In this document: in pieces, positions 39,020-52,305 of the stretch | How the letters are laid out: each line of letters opens with the position of its first letter | How positions within the stretch are numbered: the first letter of the stretch is position 1 | From: Dimorphilus gyrociliatus | Lineage: Eukaryota; Animalia; Annelida | Direction: 5' to 3' | Assembly (NCBI GenBank): GCA_904063045.1 | Contig: CAJFCJ010000013.1 | Coordinates: 850,156-914,155 of the forward strand | Length of the DNA stretch: 64,000 bases | Notes under the pieces: generated by a model | What the model saw: the letters and a program-made list of their open reading frames with translations, nothing else | Told to the model about the DNA's origin: nothing | Databases searched by the model: none | Translations under genes and position numbers: made by a program

Positions 39020-41899
39020 TTTCACTTCAGCCTTAATTTAAAAAGTAGTCTCTCAACAATTATATTAAACATTTTATATTATATTTATGCCTTATTTTCT
39101 CTTACCTTTATGCATTAAAAAAAGTTCAATATGAATGTTCTTAAGGCTTTTTAAAATTTATGATAGTTCGCTTTCATCTAGATTAATTTGACATAAAATT
39201 TGCTTTAAGCCAATGAATGCGTCTCTTTTGAAGAATTTTTAATATTTTCCACTTTTTAAACAAAAACAAAACAAAATTTATGAAAAAAAGAATATATTAT
39301 TAACGAATTACGTTCTAATAATATAATAGAAACTAGAGATACTTTGAAAAGACGTACTAAGGCGGATGATGTTCGCCAAACGAGGAGCAACTCCTTTACA
39401 AACGACGATAAACCAATTTTTAGGACCAAAATGATGGACAAATGTAGTACCCTATCCTCAGGGGGTGAGACCTTTTGTTTTGTCCCATTGTATAAATGAC
39501 TTTTTTTGTTTTAAATTTTCAATCAGTTTTATTATTTTTTTTTGAATAGGTCTTTTTTTTTCATGAATGCTTTTTTTTAACATCGTTCTTTTTATGTATA
39601 TTCACACCTCTTTGTTTCTAATCGCTCATCAAGCAATATATAAATTTATATATAAAACCATATATACTATATACTTTTCCTTTTAAGATAATTTGCTAGT
39701 AAAGGATTATCAACTAAAATTTTATATTGTTTAATTGATCTACAGCAGTTGGAAGCAGACCGACAACGATGAGTGAAACTTCTGAGAATCGGAATGGTTC
39801 TACTCTCTCAGAAGATGGCAACGAAGACGTTAGATTATACGTTTTCTGTGATAGAAATCAAACGAAAGGATTAAAGATGGATTTATATAGCGAGAGATTA
39901 AGAAAATGTGCTTTCATTTCAGTGGATTATAATACTGTTAGAAACGTTAGATTTAGCATGAAGCAATTGATGAAGGCGTGCGCTCCTAGTTCATTACCCA
40001 AGACTATACACGATACTTATCAGAGTGATAAAAGATTTTTAACAAACATTGAAAACTCTCAGTGGTTGGCTCAAGTATCGAAAGTCCTAAAAGTAAGCGG
40101 AGCTATCGTGGATCTAATCGATCTACGAGGGGCGTCCGTTATGACTGCTCTAGAAGATGGTAGAGACGCTACAGCGCAGATATCAGCTTTAGCTCAATTA
40201 TGCTTAGATAGTCGTTATAGAACAATAAATGGATTTAAATTACTTATAGAAAAAGAATGGCTAGGTTTTGGTCACGAATTTTCAAAGAGGATGAAACAAT
40301 TCGACTATTGGAAGGATTCGGAATTAGTGCCATTCTTTTTGCAATGGTTAGATAGCGTTCATCAAGTTCTTCAACAATGTCCATGTGCATTTGAATTTAA
40401 TGACTATTATCTAAAATTTCTAGCCTACCACGTTAGTTCAAATAGGTTCAGAACGTTTATGTTAAACAACGAATACGAGCGTTTAATTAATGGATTCTTT
40501 TGTAATTTCAACGATAAGAGTCTTTTTAAAGGAAATGGCAATAATAGTTCTACTTATTCTCCGACTCATGATTCTCCTGGTTCTTCTAGCGAAGAGACGA
40601 TACCTTCTGTTTGGGACTATATTGATGCTCATCAAAATATGGGACCCTATTTTATGAATTTCAACTACGTAAAGGAGAGCGATCAAGCCGTATTACGACC
40701 ATGCTCAGATATCAGCTCATTGGAAATATGGGATTATTATATAGATATTAATTTTCATCACGAATCGCTATTCGATTTAGAAATTGTCAAAAATCAATTG
40801 AAAATTACGGAAAATATCCATCAAACAAAACATAAAAGGGTCGTAAATGCTTCCTACGATAATTCAAACTTTACGCTTCCCGCCCAATTTACCTCTTCAT
40901 TAAATGATGTTGAAAGATATGATAAATACCTTTTAGACGATGGATCTAAATTAAATAATTCACCAGGCGTTTGGCAACAGGAATGGAATAGTTTAAAAAT
41001 AGATGATATTCAAAAGTTGAAGCTTACGCAGCAATTTAGACTGAACGAAGAAGAAGCTTTGACTATTCATAAACGAATGACTTTAAATGTAATTAAAGGC
41101 TCTAAAACAACAAAAGACGGAAGTTTTCATGAATTTGAAAGTTGCCCATCTGCAAGACATAATACTTGCGCATCTTGTAATGGAACACTTACCAATAATT
41201 CAACGTTTAAAAGTCAAAAACCTCTACAATGCATCCATTGCGGTATTTATTGTCACGAAAAATGCTCAAACAGTTTTGAGAATGTTTTCTGTCCAAAACA
41301 TCCGAACAATTACGTTTCCGAAAAAGAATCATCAGATACAGATAAACAAAACGGATCAGATTCCCAGACATCCGACAGTTTAAGTACTCTAAAAGCCGAG
41401 AAAACTCTGACTGTTCCGTTTAGATCGTCTAATAAATCGAATGTTACTCACGAGGGTTATCTCTTTAAGAAGAATCATAATTCCATCTTAAGAGGATGGA
41501 AAGCTAGATGGTTTATACTCGATTCTAATAAACACGAGGTTAGTTTGTGTAACATTGATTTGATTTAGTTTTATGCCAATTGATCTATTTACAAAAATAT
41601 ACAGCTTAGATACTACGATAGTAAGGAAGATAATAAGGAAAAGGGGAAGATAGAACTTGTTGATGTAAATTACGTTGATATGTTGAAAGCTAAACTAAAT
41701 TCTCAAACTATAGAAGACGATTATAAAACTTTTGAGGTTCATTTAAATATTTAACGAAATCACTGTAAAGAGTTATCTATTTTATTTTTTTTTGTTATTA
41801 TAGATAAGAACTCATAAAAGAACATACTACTTGAGTGCTCTTGAACCTACTGCTGCTAAGGAATGGGTCGACCATATTAACAATTACATTCAAGGTTGA
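31909..41899 (+). CDS. SBF2: SET-binding factor / myotubularin-related pseudophosphatase (MTMR5/13): DENN, GRAM, myotubularin, C1, PH
   Basis: Start [14 protein letters not shown]. uDENN ([18 protein letters not shown]), DENN/dDENN ([26 protein letters not shown]), GRAM ([16 protein letters not shown]), inactive phosphatase loop LEDGRDAT, C1 and C-terminal PH domains. More than 20 exons. The SBF1/SBF2 assignment is nominal, as this is probably a single invertebrate orthologue. Confidence 0.92.
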
Positions 41900-42680
41900 A
41901 ACTTATCTAGTCCCCGCTCTCTATCTCTCAACAATAGAAACAAAACAAAACAAACAATTTGTTCTGCAGACAATTTGATTTAAGTTATTTAATAAAAGAA
42001 AACAAACAAACAAAATATGAAAAGATGGCAAACAAACAACTTAACAAAAAACGATGGCGATTAACGAACTTAACTTTTAATTAAAATTTGACTCTTTTTT
42101 TGTGTTCATTGTATACTAGTCATAATTTTTGTATGCATAATTATAACTATATAAATTGTAACATATTCTTTGCAATAATAGGTGAAAGGTTAAATAAAAG
42201 GCAATAATATGCATATATGTCAAAAAAAAATGCATATATATGAACCCGAAGTTTTTGCCTTTTGTCTCTTTTTTTTAATTTATATTTTAATGTTATTCTT
42301 CAATATTTTGCCCAGTATTAGTATTGTATTTTTTTTTAAAGGTTGTCTGTTCGTTCGTCAAGATTCAATAATATGCAAAACAAACAAAAAAAACTTATTT
42401 TCCTCCTCCCCCTCCCCCTTCACCCCAATTCTGTTCGCTTGTAAGAGAAAATGATTAACAAAATAGTCTCGTAATTATTTTAACGAGTCATTCGTAAATT
42501 TATACTTATGTATGGAATTACTACAAATACCATAGATAGTTTTATTCCGTACCTTTTTCTTTTGAGATGTGCTTTTTTTTCTCAAGTTTCTCAGAAATAC
42601 ATTAAAAAGTTTATTCTACGCCAGTAGGCTAGCTCCGTAGACTATTTTTAGTTCGACCAGAGCGCATTTGCAGTAGAGCT

Positions 42681-43216
42681 ATGGCCGGAGTAACAGCAAT
42701 GACCGTTCAATTAAATAGAATGGATAGAGTCTCTCCTTGGGGATTTAGATTACAAGGAGGGCGAGATTTTCGAATGGCTTTATCTGTAAAGAAGGTATAT
42801 AAGCTTGTATCCTTTACGTTTTAATATACTAATTCCCTTTTTAAAGTCCTTTCCCAAAAAATCCCTACTTTATATTTGTAAGGGAGTAAGAATCATTACA
42901 GGTTGAACCTAGATCTCCCGCCGACGGCCAGTTACATAGCGGTGACGCTATATTAGCTATTGACGGATATGATGCTTCTCAAATGACTCACGCCCAAGCT
43001 CAGCAAATGATACGCAATTCCGGGAATACTTTGCAGCTTACAGTTAATAAGTATGCGAGAAATTTCATAGTTTTTTATTAGATAAAAATTGTATTAATAA
43101 CAAATATCTATTTATTAATCAAAAGGGGACTCTTTCAAAGTCTGAAACCAACTGGTCCTATCAAATTCTCTCCTGCAGCCGCCTATGGATATAGTCACGG
43201 ACACAGTACTTTCTAA
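42681..43216 (+). CDS. PDZ-only protein of the ALP/Enigma/Zasp (PDLIM) type, ~117 aa; not in the ORF track
   Basis: Exons 42681-42794, 42902-43050, 43126-43216 splice in frame: PWGFRLQGGRDF, SPADGQLHSGDAILAIDG, MTHAQAQQMIRNSGNTLQLTV, tail LKPTGPIKFSP. Confidence 0.85.
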
Positions 43217-43441
43217 TCAAAACATTGTTTTGGCTAGGAAGGTATTTTGGTTCTCCTTGCGTGAAAGGAACTTGTGGTTCTTTTTTTATTGAAAAGCGAA
43301 AATTGTTAAAAATAGTTTAGACGAAATTTGCAGAAGCTTCTTTAAGTGTCGAAAAAAATCATTCTTGTAAATTAAGATGGATTTAAAAAAATAATAATAA
43401 TAAGAATTAAACTATTTCCGGAAGAGCAATTAAAAATTTTT

Positions 43442-44555
43442 CTATTGGAAAAATTGTGTTTGATGATCATAGGTTTCACTCTTTCTATCTTCAACGTCTT
43501 GGTCACTATCATCCGTATCATCGCTATCTCTTGTCAACGGTGTTGAATTTGTTGAATTACGTTCAAGACTATTACTAGACTGATTTCTTTTTGAGAAACA
43601 ATTGAAGCATACTCTTAAAGGCTTCTTCCTGTCTTGAGAAACAATTAACTCTTTATATTTAGAACAAGTCCCGCAAAATATCTTTCCACATTTTCTACAA
43701 TGATGTCTTCTATTGAAAGTTGTAAAATTTACTTGGCATCCAAAACACTCCGTAGTTTTATTGTCGGGAACCCATACAGGACTTTCTTCCAGCGAATCAT
43801 CGTCATGATGGTTTGGCTCTTTACTTAATAAATCTTTCACACACTGAGAAATATGGCTCATCCATTCACTTTTCTCAGTAGCCGTTGCTGCAAAGACTGT
43901 AAAAGATTTCTGTGCAGATTTTATTTGCCAAGCATTTTGCAGTTCGAAACTGTCTGCAATTGGGACTACTTTCACAGTCCTTAAGGGAATAATCTTTTTC
44001 TGGTTATACTAGAGGAAAAAAGAACATTTTATTAAAAAAAATATCCCACGATTATCAAGTTATATCGCCTTACTCTTTTCTTTTGTTGTATTATATTTGC
44101 ATAAACAAGGATATCATTGAATAAGAAGAATTGTCTCGCTTTTGGTTTCTTCCGACACACCTTCGTCAATACGCCCTCTCCAATTAAAATTCTATTTTCC
44201 TTGTATAACTTCTATGTTAAGTCATTTAAGTCGATTAAGTTGATATTAGAGAGAGTGATCTGATCCAAAATTTATACTTACTTCTCCAGACTGGAAAGCC
44301 GCGTCAACGAGCTCAATTCGACTTTTATTAGCTTGAGCGTCAACTAATAGTGATTAAAAAATGTAATAAATCAGCTTTTAAACGGTTTTTATGGTTAAAA
44401 TAAATTTCAATAGCTGAATTACTCATTGTAAAATGTTAGTACTAAAATGATTGATATGGTAAATTCAGCATCTAATTGTTAAACATATGATTTTAAGTAT
44501 GATCAGCATCTTTTTCGACAATAGACAGTTGAATGAGCCTACCTCGAATATCCAT
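43442..44555 (-). CDS. PLEKHF2: PH and FYVE domain protein (Phafin2)
   Basis: NKSRIELV..F, RILIGEGVLTKVCRKKPKARQFFLFNDILVY, SFTVFAATATEKSEWM, WVPD...RRHHCRKCG, acidic tail. The first micro-exon (MDIR, 44555-44543) is less certain. Confidence 0.92.
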
Positions 44556-44639
44556 GGGTTATCAGAATAAGGTTTTTTGATGTTTTAGGGTTGGAAATTT
44601 GAAATCAACGCAATAATTTTAGACCTGACGGAACTTCAC

Positions 44640-44673
<34 letters not shown>

Positions 44674-45110
44674 TAATTATACAGTCACCAGTTTAGCAAT
44701 TTTGTTAAAGTGGTTTCTATTCGAATTGGAAATTAGTAGTCAATTTTGGGAGTACCCTCGTAACCATATAGTATTTGCTGAACAATTTACCGCCTTTAAG
44801 AGCTAATTTTAGAAAATATGTTTGCAAGTATACAAAAAAAAACTGCTTCTATATTGATAAATGAAAGTCTAGGTTTAATTGTTACACATTAAATTTTGTA
44901 TAGAACTTTTTAGAGGCGAGTCTTTATATTGTTCTACAAAGAACATTCTAAAAAGTTTCACTAAAAATAATCCCTCTTTCTTGTTTTTTGATAAATCTTG
45001 AATTTGAGCTAAAAGGGAAAATATTTGAATTTTTTATAATTCATCATTTCATTTTGAATATTTAAAAAACAAACTTTCAAATGACAAAAATAATACTATA
45101 AGGGAAAACG

Positions 45111-45710
45111 ATGGCAAAGGTTGAAAACACTAATGAACAATCAGAAGAAATCTTTGACGAAATATTACCTCTCGATTCGTCATTAAGTTGGTTACGATAT
45201 AGATTAAATAATGACTTTACGATAAAATTACGAAATTGGTTTGATAAACAATTTTTATTAATAATTCCCTTTCACATTGAAGTGACTAATTTCAGTTTGG
45301 TGATACCGAAACTTGCAAGTATTCCCGAGAATGAAGAACTAAACATCGTAGAGGCAAAAAAAAAGGAGACTGAGCTACTAAATCAGTTTGATAACAATCA
45401 TATTGTAATTATTTCTATGTCTACAATAATTTACATCACTTGATAGAGAAATTTTTTTTAGCTTAATGAAAGAAATGAAAAACAACTGTGTTTCGTTCCA
45501 ATTAGATGCAAAAAGAAATTAATGACAGCTAAACCGAAACTTAGAGTGGTAAATAAGCCTAAACATTTACTAAAATATTCATATATAAAAGCAAAAACAT
45601 TACATGTTTTTGAAGTTTTGACTTGAAATTGTAGAGTGAAAACAATTTCAATTCAATTTTAAAAAATTCTTTTCATCCGTTAAATTCATAAAACAGGACC
45701 ACTCTTAAAG
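45111..45710 (+). CDS. Putative small multi-exon protein of unknown function
   Basis: ATG at 45111 with plausible GT-AG introns (~45239-45294, ~45406-45460, ~45549-45696) that keep an E/K-rich frame open. No recognisable family. Confidence 0.35.
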
Positions 45711-46230
45711 TCTTCAAAAACAGATTATTTATCTTTCATTATGTTATGAAAGCTAGAAGCTTGAGCAGTTCACTTTAAATTTCGTCATATGAAAACTTCT
45801 TCTCATGTTATGAATACTTGAAAACACCTTTAAATATCTCTCAACAGAAGAGATTTTAGAGTCTTAATAGAATAGCTGTAATAATAAATGTAAAATTTAT
45901 GTATATATACATATATATATTTAGTTATATAAAACTGCACATTCAAACTTTTAACCTCCTGGGAAATACCAAAAAAATGACGTCACCTAAAAAAAAGCGG
46001 CCACACTAATGGAATTCCCAAAGAACTCTTAAAGAAAACAAACATGGCGGATTTTGTCGATAGTCTCAATCAATTGTAGGATATCTACCGTTATGTTTTT
46101 ATACCTGTAAACTCTCAGTCAAATTTTGCATCGATCATACAATGTCTGTCTATATGTAAGTCTGCGCAATATAAAATTCTGGTATTTTTACTAAAATTAA
46201 CTTTTATGAAGAAGTTAGAAGAGTTTTGAT

Positions 46231-49200
46231 ATGAGAGATACTGAAAATTTATGGGATGGAGAGTCAAGAATGTATGGTATTGAAAATCCTGCATTTAATA
46301 CGTCGTTACGCCTTGCTAAATCAGAAGTAAATTAATCTTTTTTCAAAGTACATTTATACACTTTTAAAAACTGTAATTAATTATTTCAGAGTACCAATAG
46401 CACTGCTAGTTTAGCCTCTTCATCAAGTGAGCAGGAACAATTAGTTTTCAAGTACGTACAGCGGAGTGAGGATTCTGTGAAAAAAGGAGATTGGCAAAAT
46501 GCCGTTCGTCATTATTCTAGAGCAATATCTCTCGATCCGCGGAATCATATTTTATATAGTAACCGTTCAGCAGCATATCTACATTTAGGTAACGGGAAAG
46601 CTGCTTTAGAAGACGCTTTAACTGCTCGTAACCTTCAACCTTGTTGGGCTAAAGCCCATGCTAGAGAAGCAGCTGCTTTAGAAAAATTAGGAAGAACTTT
46701 AGATGCTGTTGCAGCTCATGCAGATGCCGTTTCCTTGGATCCATCTTCAAATAACCTTCTGGATTCTTTAATTTGCTATATTCAAAACTGCGAGTTGGTG
46801 AAAAAGTTTATTGATTTAGATTTTCGTCAATTAGACGAAATCGGATTATCTCAAAGCGCCAGTGTTGTATTGGCTTTGATTGGTCAACGATTGGTATCAT
46901 GCAAACAATACCCATATGCTATAAGGATCCTAGAGGCTGCTTTACGTGTCAAGACTTCGTCTCTCAGGTTACGATCGTCAATATTTTCAACTTTGGCTAG
47001 AGCTCATTACAGTGTCGGAGAGTTGGAAAAGGCTATTGTTTGTATGCAGCAAGATTGCGCTGCATCCGCTGCATTGCATCATATTGATGGTCAATTTAGG
47101 GCCTATTCAAACTTAGGGGTGGCATTTTACAAAAAGGGACAATATTCAGACGCCATAGATGCTTACAAAAACGTTCTTTCGCTGGCAACTCGTGTGAAAC
47201 AACATCGAATGGCTTTGCACGCTTTATCCAATTTGGGATATTTGTATACGGCCAAAATGGAATTTGCTGATGCGATAGCGGCTCATAGACAAGCCATATT
47301 AGTTGCTAGAACAATTAAAGATAGGCACCAAGAGGCGAAGGAAATGGGGAATGTCGGAACCGTTTTCCTTGTAATTGGTGATTGCAGGGCCGCTTTGGCT
47401 TGCCATTCGCATCACCTTTTGGCTGCAAGAAACTTAAAAGATAAATTTGAAGAAGCACGAGCATATTCTAATATGGGAGCCGCTCGTCACCGTCAAAAAC
47501 GCTATGAAGATGCACTTTCACTTTATACTGATGCACTAAATATTGCTCAAGACCTAGAAAATATACCACTCCAATTAAAAGCGTATGACGGCCTGGGTTT
47601 GGCCGCCCGTTGTTCGGCACAATTAGCAGCAGCCCAAAAATATCACGAGAAACAACTGGATTTAGCCCTTAACAGCCGACAAAAATCAGCTGAGGCAAGA
47701 GCCTGTTCGAACTTAGGCATTCTGTTCTCTTTACTAAATGAGCATGAGGCTGCTCTTAAATTGCACTCATCTCATGCTAGAATAGCGCTAAAGTTGGGAG
47801 ATAAAGGGTCTGAATGTCAAGCTATGTTCAACATGGCAAATTGCCTCTATAATCTAGGTCAACTTGAAAAGGCTACGAGTCTGTACGAAAAAGTTTTAAC
47901 AACATCTCGCAAACTTCACGATAAACATATTGAAAGCAATTGCCATTGTCACATTGCCCAAAGCTACGAAAGTTTACGAATGTATCAACGAGCCGCCGAA
48001 CACTTTGAACTGTCAATTAAACTGTGTTGTGAATTGAAAGATTGCGTTGGTGAAGCCAAATCGGCTAATCTTCTTGCCCGATTACATTCCTCAACCGGTC
48101 ATCTAACTGCCTGCCCTCCACTCTATGAACGCTGTGTTGCCCTCTGGCAACAGGCCAATGAACCCATAGCTGAGGCGAATGCCTGGAAAACATTGGCCGA
48201 ATGCCATACAGCAATGTGTGATTTTGAAAAGGCCTCGGAATATTTAGGTAAAGCTTTGTCTCTTGCTAGAGCTTCCAGTGACATATCAACAGTTTGTGGT
48301 GTGTATTGTTCATTATCGGCTTTAAAACGGAATGAAGGTAAACTGGATGAGAGTCTGGAATATGCTGAAAAAGCTTTCGAGATCGCAAAATCCAGTGTCA
48401 ATCTTCGTTGTTTGTATATTGTTCAAAAGGCTTTGGGTGAGAGTTTCTCCGCTAGAGAGGACTATGATTCAGCAGTGAGAATTTTTCATCAGCTTGTTAA
48501 CACAACTAAATCTGTTGGTGATAAAAAATTAGAGTGCGAAGCTTTGTCTCTTTTGGGTGCTAACTATAAAAACATGATACAAATTGATAAATCATTGAAT
48601 ATTCATAAGGAAGAATTGAGATTAGCTCAGGAATTGAATGATTTAAAATTTATATGTACAGCCAATTCCAGATTAGGAGATGTCCTTTTAACATTAGATG
48701 AATTTCCTAAAGCTTTGACTTATTTTGAAGAGCAGGCTGAAAAAGCAAGAATTATAGGCGATTTCCATTCGGAAGCTACAGCCTACGGAAATATGGCCAT
48801 CTGCAGAATGAATATGGGTCAAATAACCGAAACAATTAACCTTTTGGAAGATCAGATAAATACCTTAGACAAATTACCGTGTGCTCATATGATACCGACC
48901 ATTTTATTGGAGAATGCTCAGGCGTATTTGAAATTAGGCGATTGCTACGAGAATTTGGATGATTTCGACGAAGCCATTAAATCTTATGAAAAAAATCTAG
49001 CTTTGGCTATAAATGCAAAGTCTGCTCTTCACCAAAGTAATGCCTATAGAAAGCTTGGAAACGCTCATAGAGCAGTTGGAAACTTACACCAAGCTTTAGT
49101 GTGCTTTGAGAAACGTTTGGTGTTAGCTCACGAGTATGACGATGTGCGAACAAAAGGGACGGCTTGTGGTGAATTGGGCTGCCTTCATTCACTTCTCGGT

Positions 49201-52200
49201 AATTTAGATCAAGCAGTTTCATATTTGGAACAACAGCTAAGAATCGCTAAAAGTGAAAACGATTTAAATTTAGAAGCTGATGCAGCTTGCGGTTTAGGTG
49301 GTGTTTTCCAGCAAATGGGAGTTTACGAAAAGGCGTTGGAGTATCATGAACTTGACTTATCTCTGGCTAAAATTATCGAGAATTCGGCTGCTCAATGCCG
49401 CGCATTTGGTAATCTAGGATTAGCCAACGAATCTCTTGGTCAGCTAGAAAAGGCTTTTGAGCATCAGCAAAAGCATTTGAACTGTGCTAGTGCAATGAAT
49501 GATGGTGTTGCTCAAACTCTCGCCTTATCCAGTCTTGGTAGAATTCAATACGCTTTAGGAAAACACGATTCTGCTATTGATTATTTAAGAAAAGGTTTAG
49601 ATATTGCTCAGGAATTGGGAAGGACAGCTGATCAGGCCAAAATTCATCATCGTCTCGGCCTTGCTCTGTTCGCCAGAGGTACTCTTACCGATGCCCTACA
49701 CCACTTAAGTACTGCTACCGAATTACTAGACGATATCAGAAGAGATTCCCAATTAGCAAATGAATATCGATTATCATTGTTCGATTTACAAACAGCGGCA
49801 CTTCATGCTCAATTACGAGTTCTGGTTGCTCTAAATAGAATTGACGATGCTCTCGTATTGGCTGAGCAAGCTAGGACCAGAGCTCTTATTGAATTAATGT
49901 TAGAGAGGCAAGGAAATATTTCGGACATGGTTCCAATTATCGATGTAGATATAGTTAGAAATGCCGTTGTCGAACACGGAAGGCATATTGTTTATATGGC
50001 ATTAGCTGCGGGATTCTTACACGTGTGGCTGCTTTCACCAAAGAACGGCAGCGTATTGAATTTTTTTCAAATTGACTTAAATGAATTAGAAAGTACCGAC
50101 AATGACGAAAGTCAAAGTATGAGGAGTGCAGGAGCCGCCTCTCTTTTGGATCAATATATTAGCCAAGCAAGGAATTCGCTTGGGGTCGATTCTCATATAC
50201 CGCTATTTTCCTCAGCAAGATCATCTATGAGATTAGGAGGAAGAGATATCGGTAGCGATGATGATGACGATGACGATAAGCCATCAGACTTTCTCCGATT
50301 ATTGCGACGCAGTCATATATCTAACAAGAGCGTATACAGTCGTATATCAACAAGCTCCAAAAGATCATTTACCAGTCTTTTGTCCATCAATTCCAATAAT
50401 TCTTGCCCCTTCGTTTCTCTCTATAATTTATTCTTTTCAAAACTTGACGATTCTCTGAAAAAGGCCGAAGAAGAATGTCATTTAACACTCGTTTTACAGG
50501 CCGATTTATACTTAGTTCCATGGCCCCTGTTGAGACCTGGTCCAGAATCTCCATATTTATTTGAAAGATTTTCTCTTTTGATCGCACCGTCATTACGGGC
50601 TCTTACAAGAAATACTGGTTTAGCTCCATCTTGCGGCGGTTTAGTGATAGGTCCACCTTCACCCGTACCACCTCCGTGGTATATGATGACAAGAGAAGCT
50701 GATGATGAAGCTAGAATGGTATCAGATATAATGGGATGGAGATGTATGTCTGCGGGCAATGCGACAAAACAGGCAGTAATAAAAGCTATAACTGGAGCCG
50801 AAGTTTTACATTTTGTTGTCCATGTCTCTTGGCGTTTATCGGCCATTATTTTGGCTGTTGACTCTCGCATGCAGCTAAACGAGGATTCCATTTTACCATC
50901 TTCAATTTTAACAGCCAGCGATTTATTAGATATTAAATTGAGGGCTAAATTAGTAGTTCTATCAACAGCTTACTCGCAAGATAGAGGTTCCACAATAAGT
51001 GCCGATGGACTCTTGGCTGTTACTAGAGCGTTTTTGGCGGCAGGAGCTAGTACAGTTTTGGTGTCTCTATGGCCGGTACCTGGTATTGCTAGTAGGGGAA
51101 TGATGAAAGCACTATACGGTGAATTAATTCAAGGAATTCCAATAACTCAGGCTCTTTCTCAATCGCAAAAAATACTAAAACATTCCCCTGGTACAAGTCA
51201 CGCTTCGAATTGGGCGGGATGGATTATTGTTGGCGTAGACAACCCCACACTATCGTCACATACGGCTTTACTTGCCGATGCACTTGCATGTATGCTTAAA
51301 TCTGCTGTTTCAACTAACACTCCAAAAAGGGAGGCAATGAGAGTAGTTCTTCATTTGGTGGAAAAATCTTTACAAAGAATGAATCATGGTGAAAAACGCG
51401 CAATGTATACGCCAGTAAGTACACTTCAACAAAGAATTGGTCAAGAAGGAGGTGGATGGAAAGAACTTTTATCTTCTGTTGGATTCAGACTTGAAATGCA
51501 ACAGCAAGCTGTTTATTTTTTTCCGTCAGTTGATCCCGGACAGCGATTGGCTAGATGTTCAGCTGCTCTTCAGGCCTTATTGGCTCTCCCGGCTCTCACT
51601 TTAGTCGCTTTGTCAAAGCTACTCGATAATCCAGTGGCCGCTCGGGAATTGCACCAGCTGCTTCGAAGTATTGATCGTCCCTCTTCGTCAACCCTCTCGT
51701 TAAAATTGCACGTCCATATATGGAGAGCAGAGGGATGTCATGAATTACTTGCTTCTTTAGGGTTTGATCTAATTGATGTGAAAGGAGAAGAAGTGTCTGT
51801 TAGAGCAAGTAGACAAGCCACCAGAAGGATGCTTCAATTAACAGTTCATGCATTAGCTGCTCTTTTTGACACTGCTCCAAGCCATCTATCATTAGACTCT
51901 TCAAGTAGCATAGATTCCCCTCCTTCATCTCCCTCCTCTCCTTTATCAGCTTTACGACGTCCAAAAGTATCGAATATACCCGATTCAACAGATAGTGAAC
52001 AAGAAGAAATGCACTCAAAAGTTAATTCAGGCAGGCTGCCATCATTTGTTACCTCATCCCCGAATCATAAGCCAAATAGCGGTCCGTTTATGCCATTAAA
52101 TACCAGCGGGACGTCCGGATTCCAGCCGATTAACGCACACATAAAAACAGATGAAGAAGACGAATCGAATCTCTTTTCCTATCCTAAATATTTAGACTTT

Positions 52201-52305
52201 CACTCGAAACTTCGACCATCAGTTGACAATTATACAGACACAAATTTCAACGTCGAAAGTGAACTGAAAAATAACGAATCTTACGATGGAGCAACTTTTT
52301 GCTGA
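46231..52305 (+). CDS. TTC28: Tetratricopeptide repeat protein 28 (TPR array plus degenerate CHAT domain), ~2003 aa
   Basis: Exons 46231-46326 and 46390-52305. Long RAYSNLG-type TPR array; CHAT region (LYLVPWPLL, ERFSL.IAPSL, EVLHF, AFLAAGA..VLVSLWPV, WAGW); C-terminal LHLVEKSLQR and GGWKELL..VGFRLE. Confidence 0.95.

Noticed and set aside
47900-52100. Antisense and alternative-frame ORFs inside TTC28 (and similarly inside TUFM, HVCN1, SH2B, CNDP2 and SBF)
   Set aside because: These are expected shadow ORFs of real coding regions, with no recognisable domains.
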